NCBI GenBank assembly: GCA_002506825.1
Contig: DAYH01000031.1
Coordinates: 84,049-148,048, forward strand
Direction of reading: 5' to 3'
Length of the DNA stretch: 64,000 nt
Source of the DNA: Euryarchaeota archaeon UBA103
Lineage (GTDB): Archaea > Thermoplasmatota > Poseidoniia > Poseidoniales > Thalassarchaeaceae
Within the stretch, counting starts at the first letter, position 1. Each line of letters begins with the position of its first letter. The position numbers and the translations under genes are program-made. Under the pieces are notes generated by a model. The model did no database searches. It worked only from the letters and a program-made list of their open reading frames with translations, and was not told the origin of the DNA. Of the stretch, positions 27,876 through 37,953 are shown one piece after another.

Positions 27876-29063
27876 TTAATTTGCCAATAAGGACTCAATT
27901 TTATGACAAAGAGATGTAAGATTTGGTATTTCGATGGTTTTTCCACTAGAGTCTACTAACCACGCCCTAGGGGTACTGGGATTTTCCAGATCCTCCAACC
28001 TATTGGCAAAAACTATGTCCATAGAGTATCGGGATATTTGTGTAGAGGCACTTTCTAGCAGGTCCTGTATGTTTACGTTGCTTTCGAGTTTGAAGCCAAT
28101 GGAGTAGCATTCACCTGTTGCCTCGATAACTCTGGGAATATGCTTCTGAGAAGGGGTCAATTTAATTTGGATTTCATCCTTTGAACTTGGAATCTTTGCT
28201 GGTACCTGAACTGGTAAGTAATCGAGTACCGCTGCAGAGAAAATCCATACTTCAGGAGAGAAAGATGCAGCTATTTTCAATGCTTCATCTAGCATATCTT
28301 CTGGGTGCTCTGCGTCTATTACTTTGGGCATGGTGAAACTAGGATAGGTACTCGTTCGACCGGCCAAGCAAAAAACATCGTGTCCCATTCTGTACAGATA
28401 TTCAGAGATGCTCCATCCGGTAATTCCCGATGAATAGTTGATAATGCTACGAACATGGTCAATAGGGGCGAGGTTGGAACCCAATGTGATAGCCACTCTC
28501 TTTCTACCAGGAAGCTCTGAGTTGATGATATGACTGAATTCTGCCACTATTCTGAAGTGACTTGGTTGCTTTCTTTTTCCTTCTATTTCATGATCGGTAA
28601 TGACATGTGATCCTTCGGCGGATAATTGAGATAATATCTCACCTGTAACTGGGTCATCAAAAAGATCGGAATGCATAGAGGGGACGAATATTATCGGAGT
28701 ATTACTGCCTCTAGCCGCTGAAAGTGCCATCATGACGGGAGAGTCGATAATTCCATTCAGGTGCTTGGCGATGGTATTCCTTGTTGCTGGAGCGACAATG
28801 ATTCCATCATAACCGTCTAATTGTGACATATCAGGGTCCCAATCAGAAACGATATCACTACCCGAACCCCATGAAAGAGCGAGTGGGGTGATTACCTTTG
28901 TCGCTTCTTTAGTCATCATTGGAAATACTAGTGCACCGTGTCTCCTAAGCTCTCGACACAGTTTGATTGATTCTACGGCTGCGATTCCCCCTGTGACAGC
29001 CAGTATCACCCTGCGGCCTGCCAGAGAATTGCTAAGTTGGCTGACGCCAGTGTCTCCGACCAT
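27876..29063 (-). CDS. coaBC: Bifunctional phosphopantothenoylcysteine decarboxylase/ligase
   Basis: VTGGIAA, APATRNT, PSMH, IDHVRSIINYSSG, AAVLDY, GFKLE and FAN motifs. Confidence 0.9.
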   Translation of the reverse strand: MVGDTGVSQLSNSLAGRRVILAVTGGIAAVESIKLCRELRRHGALVFPMMTKEATKVITPLALSWGSGSDIVSDWDPDMSQLDGYDGIIVAPATRNTIAKHLNGIIDSPVMMALSAARGSNTPIIFVPSMHSDLFDDPVTGEILSQLSAEGSHVITDHEIEGKRKQPSHFRIVAEFSHIINSELPGRKRVAITLGSNLAPIDHVRSIINYSSGITGWSISEYLYRMGHDVFCLAGRTSTYPSFTMPKVIDAEHPEDMLDEALKIAASFSPEVWIFSAAVLDYLPVQVPAKIPSSKDEIQIKLTPSQKHIPRVIEATGECYSIGFKLESNVNIQDLLESASTQISRYSMDIVFANRLEDLENPSTPRAWLVDSSGKTIEIPNLTSLCHKIESLLAN

Positions 29064-29086
29064 GACTGCCGATTGCCGAGTGATTC

Positions 29087-29641
29087 ATGAGTGCGTCGCT
29101 CCCGTGTAAGCATGAGAATATGAGTAGGGGCATGGTTTCCGTCACTCGACATGTGTCTTTTCTACTTGTTATACTTGCAATAGTGCAACTTCTCGTTATC
29201 GTTAGTTTACCGTATGATAGAACTGTATTTTTTATATTTCCAATGATATTTGGACTCATATCACTACCTATTTCGATCATTGGAGCAATATTACTACGAC
29301 TTCGAAAGAGCCCTGGGATATTCATTTGTACAATTTCTCTTGGATCATTAGGAATTTGCTTCATGTTCGAGGGTTTCCTAATCATGATTATGGGCCCTTC
29401 TGCTATTGTGGGGGCGTTGTACGTGCTTCTTGGAATTTCATCGACAAGAAGAATCAGGCCACTCAATAGTACGTCATTTAGGGCCTGGTTCAATGGAACA
29501 AGTATTATTGACAGCTCCGAATTGGGCGATGAGGAGATTATGGCCATATGCCCACATTGCTCGAGCATCTTAGCAGTAATACCGTCCCTATTGAACGAAA
29601 GTGATACGTGTCCAGAATGCAATGGCAATCTTGTTCTCTAG
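29087..29641 (+). CDS. Hypothetical 4-TM membrane protein with C-terminal zinc ribbon
   Basis: Four hydrophobic segments followed by CPHC...CPEC; start uncertain. Confidence 0.72.
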   Translation: MSASLPCKHENMSRGMVSVTRHVSFLLVILAIVQLLVIVSLPYDRTVFFIFPMIFGLISLPISIIGAILLRLRKSPGIFICTISLGSLGICFMFEGFLIMIMGPSAIVGALYVLLGISSTRRIRPLNSTSFRAWFNGTSIIDSSELGDEEIMAICPHCSSILAVIPSLLNESDTCPECNGNLVL

Positions 29642-30768
29642 TACCTCTCAAGTGCAATCGAAATTCCCATCCCACCGCCAATACACATGGTTGCTATGGC
29701 CTTGCGTGAATTGGTCCTATGAAGAATTGATGCGGCCTTTCCTACAATTCTTGCCCCAGACGCTCCGAGAGGGTGCCCAATTGAGATTGCACCTCCATCG
29801 ATGTTTATCTTTTCATAGTCAATAGATAGGTCATTAATTACAGCAATACTCTGTGAAGAGAATGCTTCATTGATTTCAAAAATATCGACATCATCTATAT
29901 TCCAATCTGAACGTTCGAGTAATTTTTGTGTCGCTGAAACAGGACCTATTCCCATCGCATCTGGAGAGCACCCGGTAACTGCACTAGTGACTATTCTTGC
30001 TAGAGGCTCTAATCCATTCTTTTCCGCGAAATCTGAACTACAAACCAGCATGCAAACCGCCCCATCAGTAAGAGGGGAAGATGTGGCAGCTGTAACTGAA
30101 CCGTCTTCTCTGAATACCGGCCTCAGTTTAGACATCGACTCGAGGCTCGTATCCCTTATACATCCATCTTCGGCTATAGAGCCGTCTTGTGTAATGATGG
30201 GGCAAATCTCAGATTCAAAGTGCCCGTTATCTCTTGCATGAATTGATTTCATATGTGAATTGAGAGCGAATTCCTCTTGAGAAATTCGGGAAATTCCCCA
30301 TCTATCTGCAACGTTTTCAGCAGTCAATCCCATGTTAATGTAAGCATCTGGAAATTCCTTTTCGAGAATGGGATGTGGACTCCAATTGAATCCTCTTCTC
30401 TTGATCCTACTCATTGACTCTATTCCTCCGCATAGAAAGCAATCCCCCCATCCAGACTCAATATTTGATGCGGCCACAAGTATGGCCTGCATTGATGAAC
30501 CGCATAATCTATTGATGGTCATTCCGGGAACCTTGTCAGGGATTTCACCAAGGAACGTCAATAATCTACCAATATTGTATCCCTGCTCCCCCTCAGGATA
30601 TGCGCAACCGACTATAATATCATCAATATCATTGGGATCAATGGAATTCCTACTTAGCAGAGACTTGGTAACCTGTCTTAGCAATTCATCAGGCCTTATT
30701 TCTGACAGCATTCCCTTGTGTGCTCGATGGAATGGGCTCCTCATCCAATCAACAATTACGGCCCTCAC
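29638..30768 (-). CDS. Thiolase (acetyl-CoA C-acyltransferase)
   Basis: NRLCGSS, EINEAF, GHPLGASG and MCIGGGMG motifs. Confidence 0.95.
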   Translation of the reverse strand: MRAVIVDWMRSPFHRAHKGMLSEIRPDELLRQVTKSLLSRNSIDPNDIDDIIVGCAYPEGEQGYNIGRLLTFLGEIPDKVPGMTINRLCGSSMQAILVAASNIESGWGDCFLCGGIESMSRIKRRGFNWSPHPILEKEFPDAYINMGLTAENVADRWGISRISQEEFALNSHMKSIHARDNGHFESEICPIITQDGSIAEDGCIRDTSLESMSKLRPVFREDGSVTAATSSPLTDGAVCMLVCSSDFAEKNGLEPLARIVTSAVTGCSPDAMGIGPVSATQKLLERSDWNIDDVDIFEINEAFSSQSIAVINDLSIDYEKINIDGGAISIGHPLGASGARIVGKAASILHRTNSRKAIATMCIGGGMGISIALERY

Positions 30769-30872
30769 ATGCTCCGGGTGGTGTGGAGGAAAATAACCCT
30801 TGGCGGTGGAATCGTGGGAACATTACTGACCGAGAGGTTCATGAGAAGGCTTCAACTGGCACGACTGATAAT

Positions 30873-31562
30873 ATGATTAGAGAGTGCAGTACACATGGAT
30901 ATTTCTCAGATGATGACCTATGCCCAGCTTGTAATTCGGAAGGAAAATTCATCATGAGAGGGAATGAGAGAGATTCACTGGCCAGAAGATTGGCATTGGC
31001 ACTTAGACATGCCCCGGAAAAGTTTGATCTGGAGATGGATATCAATGGATGGATAGACATCAAGGATATTATTCGACAGTTTAAGAAGTCAAACGAACGA
31101 AGGTATCACTGGTTGAGGCCCCATCATTTTAGAGCTATCTCAGAGACTGATCCAAAGGGACGTTACGAGGTTAGAGGAAATGTGATTAGGGCTACTTACG
31201 GACACAGCCTAGAGATTGAGCTAGACCTTCCAACGGACAATATTCCTACGTCCCTATTCTATCCCTGCTCTCCTGAAGAGGCTGAAAACCTGCTCGAAGT
31301 TGGGATTTCCCCTAGCGGGAGATCGCATGTGCATCTTTCAGCTACTGTAAGATCAGCAGCTGAGGCTGGGAAAGTACATCACAGCAGACCTACCATTCTG
31401 GAAGTAGATACCGCATCTATGGTCGCCTCCGGAGAAACTGTTTGGCATGCTGGAGTTACAGTATATTTGGCAGATTCAGTAGCAGGGGAGTACTTGACCG
31501 TACTGCCAGATGACGATCCTGAGTTCGTATTAGCTAGGGCCAAATGGGATGAAGAAGAGTAG
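30873..31562 (+). CDS. kptA: RNA 2'-phosphotransferase (Tpt1/KptA)
   Basis: N-terminal C..HG...CPAC zinc motif, LRH, IRATYGHS and R.HVHLS motifs. Confidence 0.93.
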   Translation: MIRECSTHGYFSDDDLCPACNSEGKFIMRGNERDSLARRLALALRHAPEKFDLEMDINGWIDIKDIIRQFKKSNERRYHWLRPHHFRAISETDPKGRYEVRGNVIRATYGHSLEIELDLPTDNIPTSLFYPCSPEEAENLLEVGISPSGRSHVHLSATVRSAAEAGKVHHSRPTILEVDTASMVASGETVWHAGVTVYLADSVAGEYLTVLPDDDPEFVLARAKWDEEE

Positions 31563-31892
31563 TTAATTCTCCTCTCCACAAATCGGGCAGAAACTGAGAT
31601 CTTCTACTAGATCGGAAGAACATTTGACGCACTTCTTTCCGTCCTTAGTCGAGACTGCATGTTCATTGTTATCTATCGACCTAACAGCTGAGCTCCTCTC
31701 AATGAATGGAGCTGGAGATTCCAGGGACTCTAATTTCTCCAGAGACTCTCTGAAGAATATTGCTTCTGATATCGCTGACTCTATGTGTGTTCTTCTTCGA
31801 TCTCTCTCGACGGGGTCTTCAATATGCTGAGTAGCGGCTAGCTTAGACTGTAGCCACCGTTGGAAGATTTCAATCTCACCGGCGTCGGACAT
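31563..31892 (-). CDS. Hypothetical protein with C-terminal zinc ribbon
   Basis: Helical hairpin plus CVKC...FCPICG; ATG at 31892 (ORF open to 31910). Confidence 0.68.
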   Translation of the reverse strand: MSDAGEIEIFQRWLQSKLAATQHIEDPVERDRRRTHIESAISEAIFFRESLEKLESLESPAPFIERSSAVRSIDNNEHAVSTKDGKKCVKCSSDLVEDLSFCPICGEEN

Positions 31893-31959
31893 ATCTCTTC
31901 CAAACCACAATAAGAAATGAACCTTTCAATAATTTGATAGGAGAACCCAAATCTAACTA

Positions 31960-32769
31960 ATGCCTCAGACCTCCATGGTTGCGAAGGTAGTGATGAAGTT
32001 AGGAGGGGGGCTTATCACAGATAAATCGTCATTTAAAGTGCCTAAGAAAGGAGTTATTGACTCCATATGCAAAGAGATTTCCAAAATAATTTCAAATGGA
32101 CATTCGGTTACTTTGATCCATGGTGCGGGTTCATTCGGGCATCTACTTGCCAAGGAGTGGTCCTTGGCTGGTGGCCTGGATCCTGAAATCTCTGAACAGC
32201 AAAGGGACGCTGTTTTGAGAGTTAGATCGGATATGCTAGAGCTATGTGGATACGTGACTAATTCTTTGAGTCATCATGGTATCAAATGTGAGGTTTTTCC
32301 ACCATCCGAGTGGGTAATGGGCACAGGGAGTAGCTTTGATGGTGATTTAGGTATCTTTGAAGACGTACCTAAAGGTACGGTTCCAGTATCATTCGGGGAC
32401 GTTGTCAGAGTTGGGGGTGAAGCAGAATTTGGCATTCTATCAGGGGATGATTTAATGGCCAGAATATCCCTTGAGTTACCATCGGTTTCTCATTGTATAT
32501 TTCTTCTCGGAGACGTAGATGGGATGATGGACTTGCCACCAAATGTGGAGGGGTCTAAACTGATACCAATATGGAGTGCTGGAGAACGTATCGAGACCAC
32601 TCATAATGCCGAACAGGATGTTACTGGGGGAATTGAACTGAAGGCGGCCAGAGCATCGCAGATATCAGGGGGCGTCGACGAGGTTTGGTTCATCAATGGA
32701 AATCATCCAGAGAGGATTAGTCAGCTGATAGAAGAGGGGACTACCATTGGTACCAAAATACTTGGTTGA
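31960..32769 (+). CDS. ipk: Isopentenyl phosphate kinase
   Basis: KLGGGLITDK, HGAGSFGH, SGDD and DVTGG motifs of the amino-acid-kinase fold IPK; coupled to the IDI-GGPPS gene. Confidence 0.92.
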   Translation: MPQTSMVAKVVMKLGGGLITDKSSFKVPKKGVIDSICKEISKIISNGHSVTLIHGAGSFGHLLAKEWSLAGGLDPEISEQQRDAVLRVRSDMLELCGYVTNSLSHHGIKCEVFPPSEWVMGTGSSFDGDLGIFEDVPKGTVPVSFGDVVRVGGEAEFGILSGDDLMARISLELPSVSHCIFLLGDVDGMMDLPPNVEGSKLIPIWSAGERIETTHNAEQDVTGGIELKAARASQISGGVDEVWFINGNHPERISQLIEEGTTIGTKILG

Positions 32770-34496
32770 TTGGATTCTGTTATATGTCGAGGGTTTCTCG
32801 GAATGACATGGTCGAAGATGCCAACGCTCTTTCGGGACATGACAACTCACAGGCCGAGATGATGGCTGAGCGTTGTATTCTAGTCGATCTTGAAGACAAT
32901 ATGATAGGATCTGAGAGTAAATTATTGTGCCACAATGAAGATGGTTTTCTCCATAGGGCCTTCAGCGTCCTAATATTCGACTCAGAGAATAGATTACTGA
33001 TCCAACAGAGATCGTATGATAAGATAACGTTTCCAGGGATTTGGGCAAATAGCTGTTGCAGCCATCCACTTGATATTGATGGAGAGAATGGAGATTCGAA
33101 AGAGGGTTGTATCAATGCGGCAAAGAGAAAGTTGCCCCAAGAGTTAGGAATAGATCAAGAAGTTGCTAACTCAATGGAGTTCTCTCACCTAGGCTCCTTC
33201 CAGTATAAATGCAGATGGGACGATGAATGGTTAGAGAATGAAGTAGACCATGTTTTGATGACTAGAGTGGATTCTTTGCACTTAAACCCCAATGAGAATG
33301 AGATTTCAAATCATAAGTGGATTGGACCGGAGGAAATTAGCGAGGTCATGGAAGGAACTGGTCAATGGAAAGAACAGATAGTAGCCCCGTGGTTTAGACT
33401 TCTTTGGAAGGAGTTTCTTGAAGACGAATATCCCAATCTTGAGAATATTGTCGATAGAAGCGGGGTTGTTGTCTTCGGAGAGGTCGGGATAAATGCGGAT
33501 GTTATCTCACCTGGATCTTCATTGATGGGCGCTTTAGGAGAGCATAGGGAAGTTGTTGAAAAGGAGATACTTACGAGCTTGTCTAAGATAAAACAGGAGA
33601 GGCTTCATGGAGCGATGAAGCATCTTTTTACAGGAGGTGGAAAGAGACTCAGGGCAATTATGCCCAAACTTGTCGGTGACGCCGTGGGAGGGTCTAATCC
33701 AGGCCACAATACACTTGGTGCTTCCATAGAAATAATTCATAATTTCACCTTGGTACATGATGATATCATGGATCAAGATCCCATTAGAAGGGGTTTGGAA
33801 GCTGTCCATGTAGCCTATGACGATGCTACTGCGATAAATGCTGGCGATGCTATGCTGGCCGTGGCATTTGAGATTCTAGCTGAGTCTGAACATATAGCTT
33901 CTGATGATCTTGTATTCCTGGTTAAATCGATCGGCGAGATGGTCAGAAGAGTTGCTGAAGGACAGATGATAGACATGGAGTTTGAGAAGAGGGAGGTTGT
34001 CTCTGAAGACGAATATATTGAGATGATCGCTGGGAAGACCTCCGCGATGTTCGAGACATGTGCAATGACTGGAGCGAAGCTTTCTGGTGCTTCGGAGGAA
34101 GTGGTAAGTTCTTTGGCGGAATGGGGCCTTAATATGGGACTGTGCTTCCAACTAATGGATGATTTAATTGATATCACAGGCGATACTGAAACTCTTGGAA
34201 AGCCAGCAGGATCAGATATCATACAGGGAAAAAGAACGCTTATCGCAATTCATGCTCTTGATTCTGGAAACCCCATGCCTTCTTTCGAAGAGGCCTATGG
34301 ATCAGGAGAATGTTCACCAGATTTACTAGCCAGTGCTGTTCAAGAGCTTTATGATAACGGCTCCATAAAATACGCCAAAGACAGGGCTATGTTTCATCAT
34401 GCTAAGGCCCATTCATGTCTGAATATACTTGATGATTCGGAATCATTGACCATATTGAGGGAAATGACTGATTTCCAACTAGTCAGAATAAACTGA
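32766..34496 (+). CDS. Fused type 1 isopentenyl-diphosphate isomerase / geranylgeranyl diphosphate synthase
   Basis: N-half LHRAFS, QQRS..KITFP..WANSCCSHP and ENEVD; C-half GGKRLR, HNFTLVHDDIMD..RRG, GQMID, GKT and FQLMDD..D. Confidence 0.93.
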   Translation: MIGFCYMSRVSRNDMVEDANALSGHDNSQAEMMAERCILVDLEDNMIGSESKLLCHNEDGFLHRAFSVLIFDSENRLLIQQRSYDKITFPGIWANSCCSHPLDIDGENGDSKEGCINAAKRKLPQELGIDQEVANSMEFSHLGSFQYKCRWDDEWLENEVDHVLMTRVDSLHLNPNENEISNHKWIGPEEISEVMEGTGQWKEQIVAPWFRLLWKEFLEDEYPNLENIVDRSGVVVFGEVGINADVISPGSSLMGALGEHREVVEKEILTSLSKIKQERLHGAMKHLFTGGGKRLRAIMPKLVGDAVGGSNPGHNTLGASIEIIHNFTLVHDDIMDQDPIRRGLEAVHVAYDDATAINAGDAMLAVAFEILAESEHIASDDLVFLVKSIGEMVRRVAEGQMIDMEFEKREVVSEDEYIEMIAGKTSAMFETCAMTGAKLSGASEEVVSSLAEWGLNMGLCFQLMDDLIDITGDTETLGKPAGSDIIQGKRTLIAIHALDSGNPMPSFEEAYGSGECSPDLLASAVQELYDNGSIKYAKDRAMFHHAKAHSCLNILDDSESLTILREMTDFQLVRIN

Positions 34497-36704
34497 TTAG
34501 TCCTGATAGTGCGTCTCACCGGGTATTTCTGGCTTAAGCCCCTTTCTTTCCCTGATCTCTCCTGTGACCTTCTCATAGAGATTGGGAGGCAGGTGGACGA
34601 ATCCGGCGTTTTCCATATTCCAAATTGCTCGACCCTGACTAGCGGCACGAATATCATTGGAGAATCCGAATGTTTCTGCAACGGGAATAGTTCCAATTAC
34701 CTTAGTAACACCATCTTCAACAGGCATATCCTCTATTATTCCCCTTCTTGTTGAGACTTCTCTGGTCACTCCACCGATTACATCGTTGGGCGAGTCTATC
34801 TGAATCTTCTGTATAGGTTCAAAGATGACTGGTCTTGACCTCATGAAAGCTCCTTTTACGGCGTTCCTCACAGCCGGGATAGTTTGAGCCGGTCCTCTGT
34901 GAATGGCATCTTCATGCAGTTTGGCATCCACTAGTCTGACCATCACTCCCATTAGTGGCTCATCTGCCACCGGTCCTTTCTTGCAGACATCATTGAATCC
35001 ATCAATAATCAACTCCTTTGTTTCATGGAGATTCTGTATTCCTTTCGTGTCGTTTACCAGGACATTGGTGCCATTAATAGCGTATATCTTCCTCATCAGA
35101 TCTTTATCCATTCCTAGTTCTGAGAATTGATCGCCGATTTCCTTGGCGTCCTTAGGCCTCACTGTACCGTCTCTGAATTCGCCGGCTCTGAGTTTATCGA
35201 CTACATTATCTGGAAGTGGTTCGGTCTCAACATAGAATCTATTATGCCTGTTAGGTGACTTTCCTTCGAAAGGCCTTCCTTTGTTATCAGTCTGAACTGA
35301 TTCCCTATACACGACAATTGGCTCGCTAACCTTGACCTTGATTCCTTGTTCTTCCTCTAATCTGTATACAGTAATCTCGAGATGTAACTCTCCCATTCCT
35401 GCTAGTAAAGCCTCTCCGGTTTCCTGGTTTGTCGATACCTCGAGAGAAGCGTCTGCCTTAGCGAGCCCCCTTAGAGCATCGATGAACTTTGGGAGGTCCT
35501 TCATGGACTTGGGCTCTACTGCTACGGTTACAACAGGCTCTGAAATGTGCCTGATGGCTTCGAATGGCGGTGCATCTTTTTCTCTTGCAATTGTAACTCC
35601 TGCGGCCGCACTTCTAATTCCTGTGATTGCCGCGATATTTCCTGATGTTACCTCTGGAGTAGAGATTCTATCTCCGCCGACCATCATACCTACCTGTTGA
35701 ACCCTCTCAGCCTTGGCGGCACCAATTGCCCAGACTGACTCTCCATGCTTAATTCGTCCTGAGTATACCCTTCCTACAGCCACCTCTCCAGCATGAGGGT
35801 CCATCCAGATCTTAGTAATCATGAGTGAAAGGGGACCATCTGGATCGCAATCCATCATAGCCTTACCAACACCCGACTCCAAGTCCCCCTGCCAGATATT
35901 CGGTATTCTATACTTCTGGGCCACTACGGGAGAAGGATGCTTCTCAACAGTCATATCGAGTAAAACAGTATGAACTGGTGCGAGCTTTGCCAACTCTTTC
36001 TGATTGTCATCATAGCAATATTCGAAAATCTGCTTGAAGTTGATGTTGCTCTTCTGCATGTATGGTATCGACATTCCCCAATTGTAGTAAGCCGAACCAA
36101 ATGCCACTGTGCCCTTCTGCACGGAAACCTGCCATTCCTTACCAAGATCCTCTGGGGCATAAGTAGAAATTAACCTGTTAACTTTAGAGATTATCTTCTC
36201 AAACCTAGCCATCATCTCAGGTCCATCGATTTGTAACTCATTGATTAGCCGGTCTACCTTATTGATGAAAAGTACTGGTCTGACCTTTTCCTTCAATGCT
36301 TGGCGAACAACTGTCTCGGTCTGTGGCATTGTACCCTCTACCGCGCATGCTAATATGATACAACCATCGACCGCCCTCATTGCCCTAGTTACGTCTCCTC
36401 CGAAATCCACGTGACCGGGAGTATCAATCAGATTGATGAGGTAGTCCTGCCCACCCACATTGTGAACCATAGATGCGCTAGCTGCATTGATGGTAATTCC
36501 TCGAGCGCTTTCTTGCTCGTCGAAATCTAAGACCCTAGACTTTCCAGCTAGATCTTCTGACATCATTCCCGCGCCTGCAATCAGGTTGTCTGAAAGGGTG
36601 GTCTTTCCATGATCGATATGGGCGGCGATAGCAATGTTTCTGATATGATCGCGATCATGCATTATCTCTGTAGCTCTCTTGATGTTGTCTTCCTTGCGAC
36701 CCAT
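34497..36704 (-). CDS. fusA: Translation elongation factor 2 (aEF-2)
   Basis: AHIDHGKTT, RGITI, DTPGH, NKVD and the diphthamide loop LHEDAIHRG. Confidence 0.98.
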   Translation of the reverse strand: MGRKEDNIKRATEIMHDRDHIRNIAIAAHIDHGKTTLSDNLIAGAGMMSEDLAGKSRVLDFDEQESARGITINAASASMVHNVGGQDYLINLIDTPGHVDFGGDVTRAMRAVDGCIILACAVEGTMPQTETVVRQALKEKVRPVLFINKVDRLINELQIDGPEMMARFEKIISKVNRLISTYAPEDLGKEWQVSVQKGTVAFGSAYYNWGMSIPYMQKSNINFKQIFEYCYDDNQKELAKLAPVHTVLLDMTVEKHPSPVVAQKYRIPNIWQGDLESGVGKAMMDCDPDGPLSLMITKIWMDPHAGEVAVGRVYSGRIKHGESVWAIGAAKAERVQQVGMMVGGDRISTPEVTSGNIAAITGIRSAAAGVTIAREKDAPPFEAIRHISEPVVTVAVEPKSMKDLPKFIDALRGLAKADASLEVSTNQETGEALLAGMGELHLEITVYRLEEEQGIKVKVSEPIVVYRESVQTDNKGRPFEGKSPNRHNRFYVETEPLPDNVVDKLRAGEFRDGTVRPKDAKEIGDQFSELGMDKDLMRKIYAINGTNVLVNDTKGIQNLHETKELIIDGFNDVCKKGPVADEPLMGVMVRLVDAKLHEDAIHRGPAQTIPAVRNAVKGAFMRSRPVIFEPIQKIQIDSPNDVIGGVTREVSTRRGIIEDMPVEDGVTKVIGTIPVAETFGFSNDIRAASQGRAIWNMENAGFVHLPPNLYEKVTGEIRERKGLKPEIPGETHYQD

Positions 36705-36710
36705 CTTAAT

Positions 36711-36715
36711 TCCTC
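36711..36715 (-). promoter_or_regulatory. Shine-Dalgarno-like site of the aEF-2 gene
   Basis: GAGGA 6 nt upstream of ATG 36704. Confidence 0.55.
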
Positions 36716-36795
36716 AATTGTTCCGTCCACCTGACTATGGTTCATAAATCCGATTGTAGAGAGAAGTAAAACATGACTGTAAGAGTGCAGAAGGA

Positions 36796-37413
36796 TTACC
36801 TTGCTGAAGCGGCGACACGTTCAATTTCTTCCCTCTTTCCTATGGAGTAAGCCGCTACATCTCCCTCCGCGGCTTTGGTAATTTCACTAACGATTCCCTG
36901 GACTAGAGTTCTCTTGCTTCCAGCTGTAGCAGACGTACAACCTATGGCTAGATTTCTCAGTGCTATGTCTAGTCTCCTGCTGGGAGAGGAATCTACTGCC
37001 TTTGGAGTACTGACTGCTCCCTGCTTAATTCTAGTTATTTCCTCACAGGGGGATGCCTCCACAATGGCATCGATAAAGGACTGTAGAGGATTCTCCCCCG
37101 TCCTACTGTTGATTGAATCTAATGCGGCCTCGTATGCCTTGGCGCAATGTTGCTTCTTTCCTGAGAATTTACCTGTTCTCATTAGATTGTTGATGAACCT
37201 TTCAACCACAGAGAGCTTTGACTTACCAAACCATGCGTTAGCGTGTCGCCCACCACTGTGAGGAGTACCTATGGTTGTGAGATTAATGTAGGGTGCAAGT
37301 CCGGGATCTGAACAAGTAACTTCTGAGGCGTCCCACTTTCCAAAGACCATGGTCCCAATACCTGCGATTGGTGCTTCGACCCTGGAATCTGCTTGGATTG
37401 TTTCATCAGACAT
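36796..37413 (-). CDS. rps7: 30S ribosomal protein uS7
   Basis: FGKWD, PHSGGRH, VERFINNLMR, AVDSSPSRR and EIERVAASAR; lies between S12 and EF-2. Confidence 0.96.
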   Translation of the reverse strand: MSDETIQADSRVEAPIAGIGTMVFGKWDASEVTCSDPGLAPYINLTTIGTPHSGGRHANAWFGKSKLSVVERFINNLMRTGKFSGKKQHCAKAYEAALDSINSRTGENPLQSFIDAIVEASPCEEITRIKQGAVSTPKAVDSSPSRRLDIALRNLAIGCTSATAGSKRTLVQGIVSEITKAAEGDVAAYSIGKREEIERVAASAR

Positions 37414-37421
37414 CTCAATAC

Positions 37422-37862
37422 CTACCTGATTGGCTTCTCTTTGCGGCCCCTTACCATTTCGTCTAAGGATACGCCGTTGACCTTAATGACCTTGTATCTG
37501 ACACCGGGGATATCTCCGTATGACCTTCCTTTGCTACCGCCTATGCCCTCTACCAGAACCTCGTCATGCTCGTCGATAAATGAAATTGCACCATCTCCTG
37601 GAGCGAATGCAGTAAGTCTGTTACCGGTTTTTATTAGGCTTATCTTGACTGCCTTTCTGATGCCAGAATTAGGTTGTTTAGCCTCAAAACCGACTTTTTC
37701 AACTACGATTCCCTTGGCCTGTGTACTGCCCATAAGAGGATCGTGCTTGAGAACACCACCTCTCTGTTGCTTGAATTGTCTGTCCCTAAACTTACGCTCC
37801 TTCCAGCGATATCTCTTCCTATCGGACTTCATCTTCTGTCCGGAGAAAAGACCTTTACCCAA
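37422..37862 (-). CDS. rps12: 30S ribosomal protein uS12
   Basis: [18 protein letters not shown] and [10 protein letters not shown]; TTG start. Confidence 0.97.
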   Translation of the reverse strand: MGKGLFSGQKMKSDRKRYRWKERKFRDRQFKQQRGGVLKHDPLMGSTQAKGIVVEKVGFEAKQPNSGIRKAVKISLIKTGNRLTAFAPGDGAISFIDEHDEVLVEGIGGSKGRSYGDIPGVRYKVIKVNGVSLDEMVRGRKEKPIR

Positions 37863-37867
37863 AGTGA

Positions 37868-37873
37868 CACCTC
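37868..37873 (-). promoter_or_regulatory. Shine-Dalgarno site of rps12
   Basis: GAGGTG 5 nt upstream of the TTG start. Confidence 0.6.
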
Positions 37874-37953
37874 AGAATGACGCCTTGCCGACCCTCATGG
37901 GGTATAAGAGCGTGACGGGATAGCCCCGACTTAGTGGGCCCTAGAGGGGGGTA

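Noticed and set aside
29032-29628. 198 aa minus-strand ORF opposite the membrane zinc-ribbon gene
   Set aside because: No recognisable motifs; the plus-strand ORF has coherent TM helices and paired CxxC motifs.
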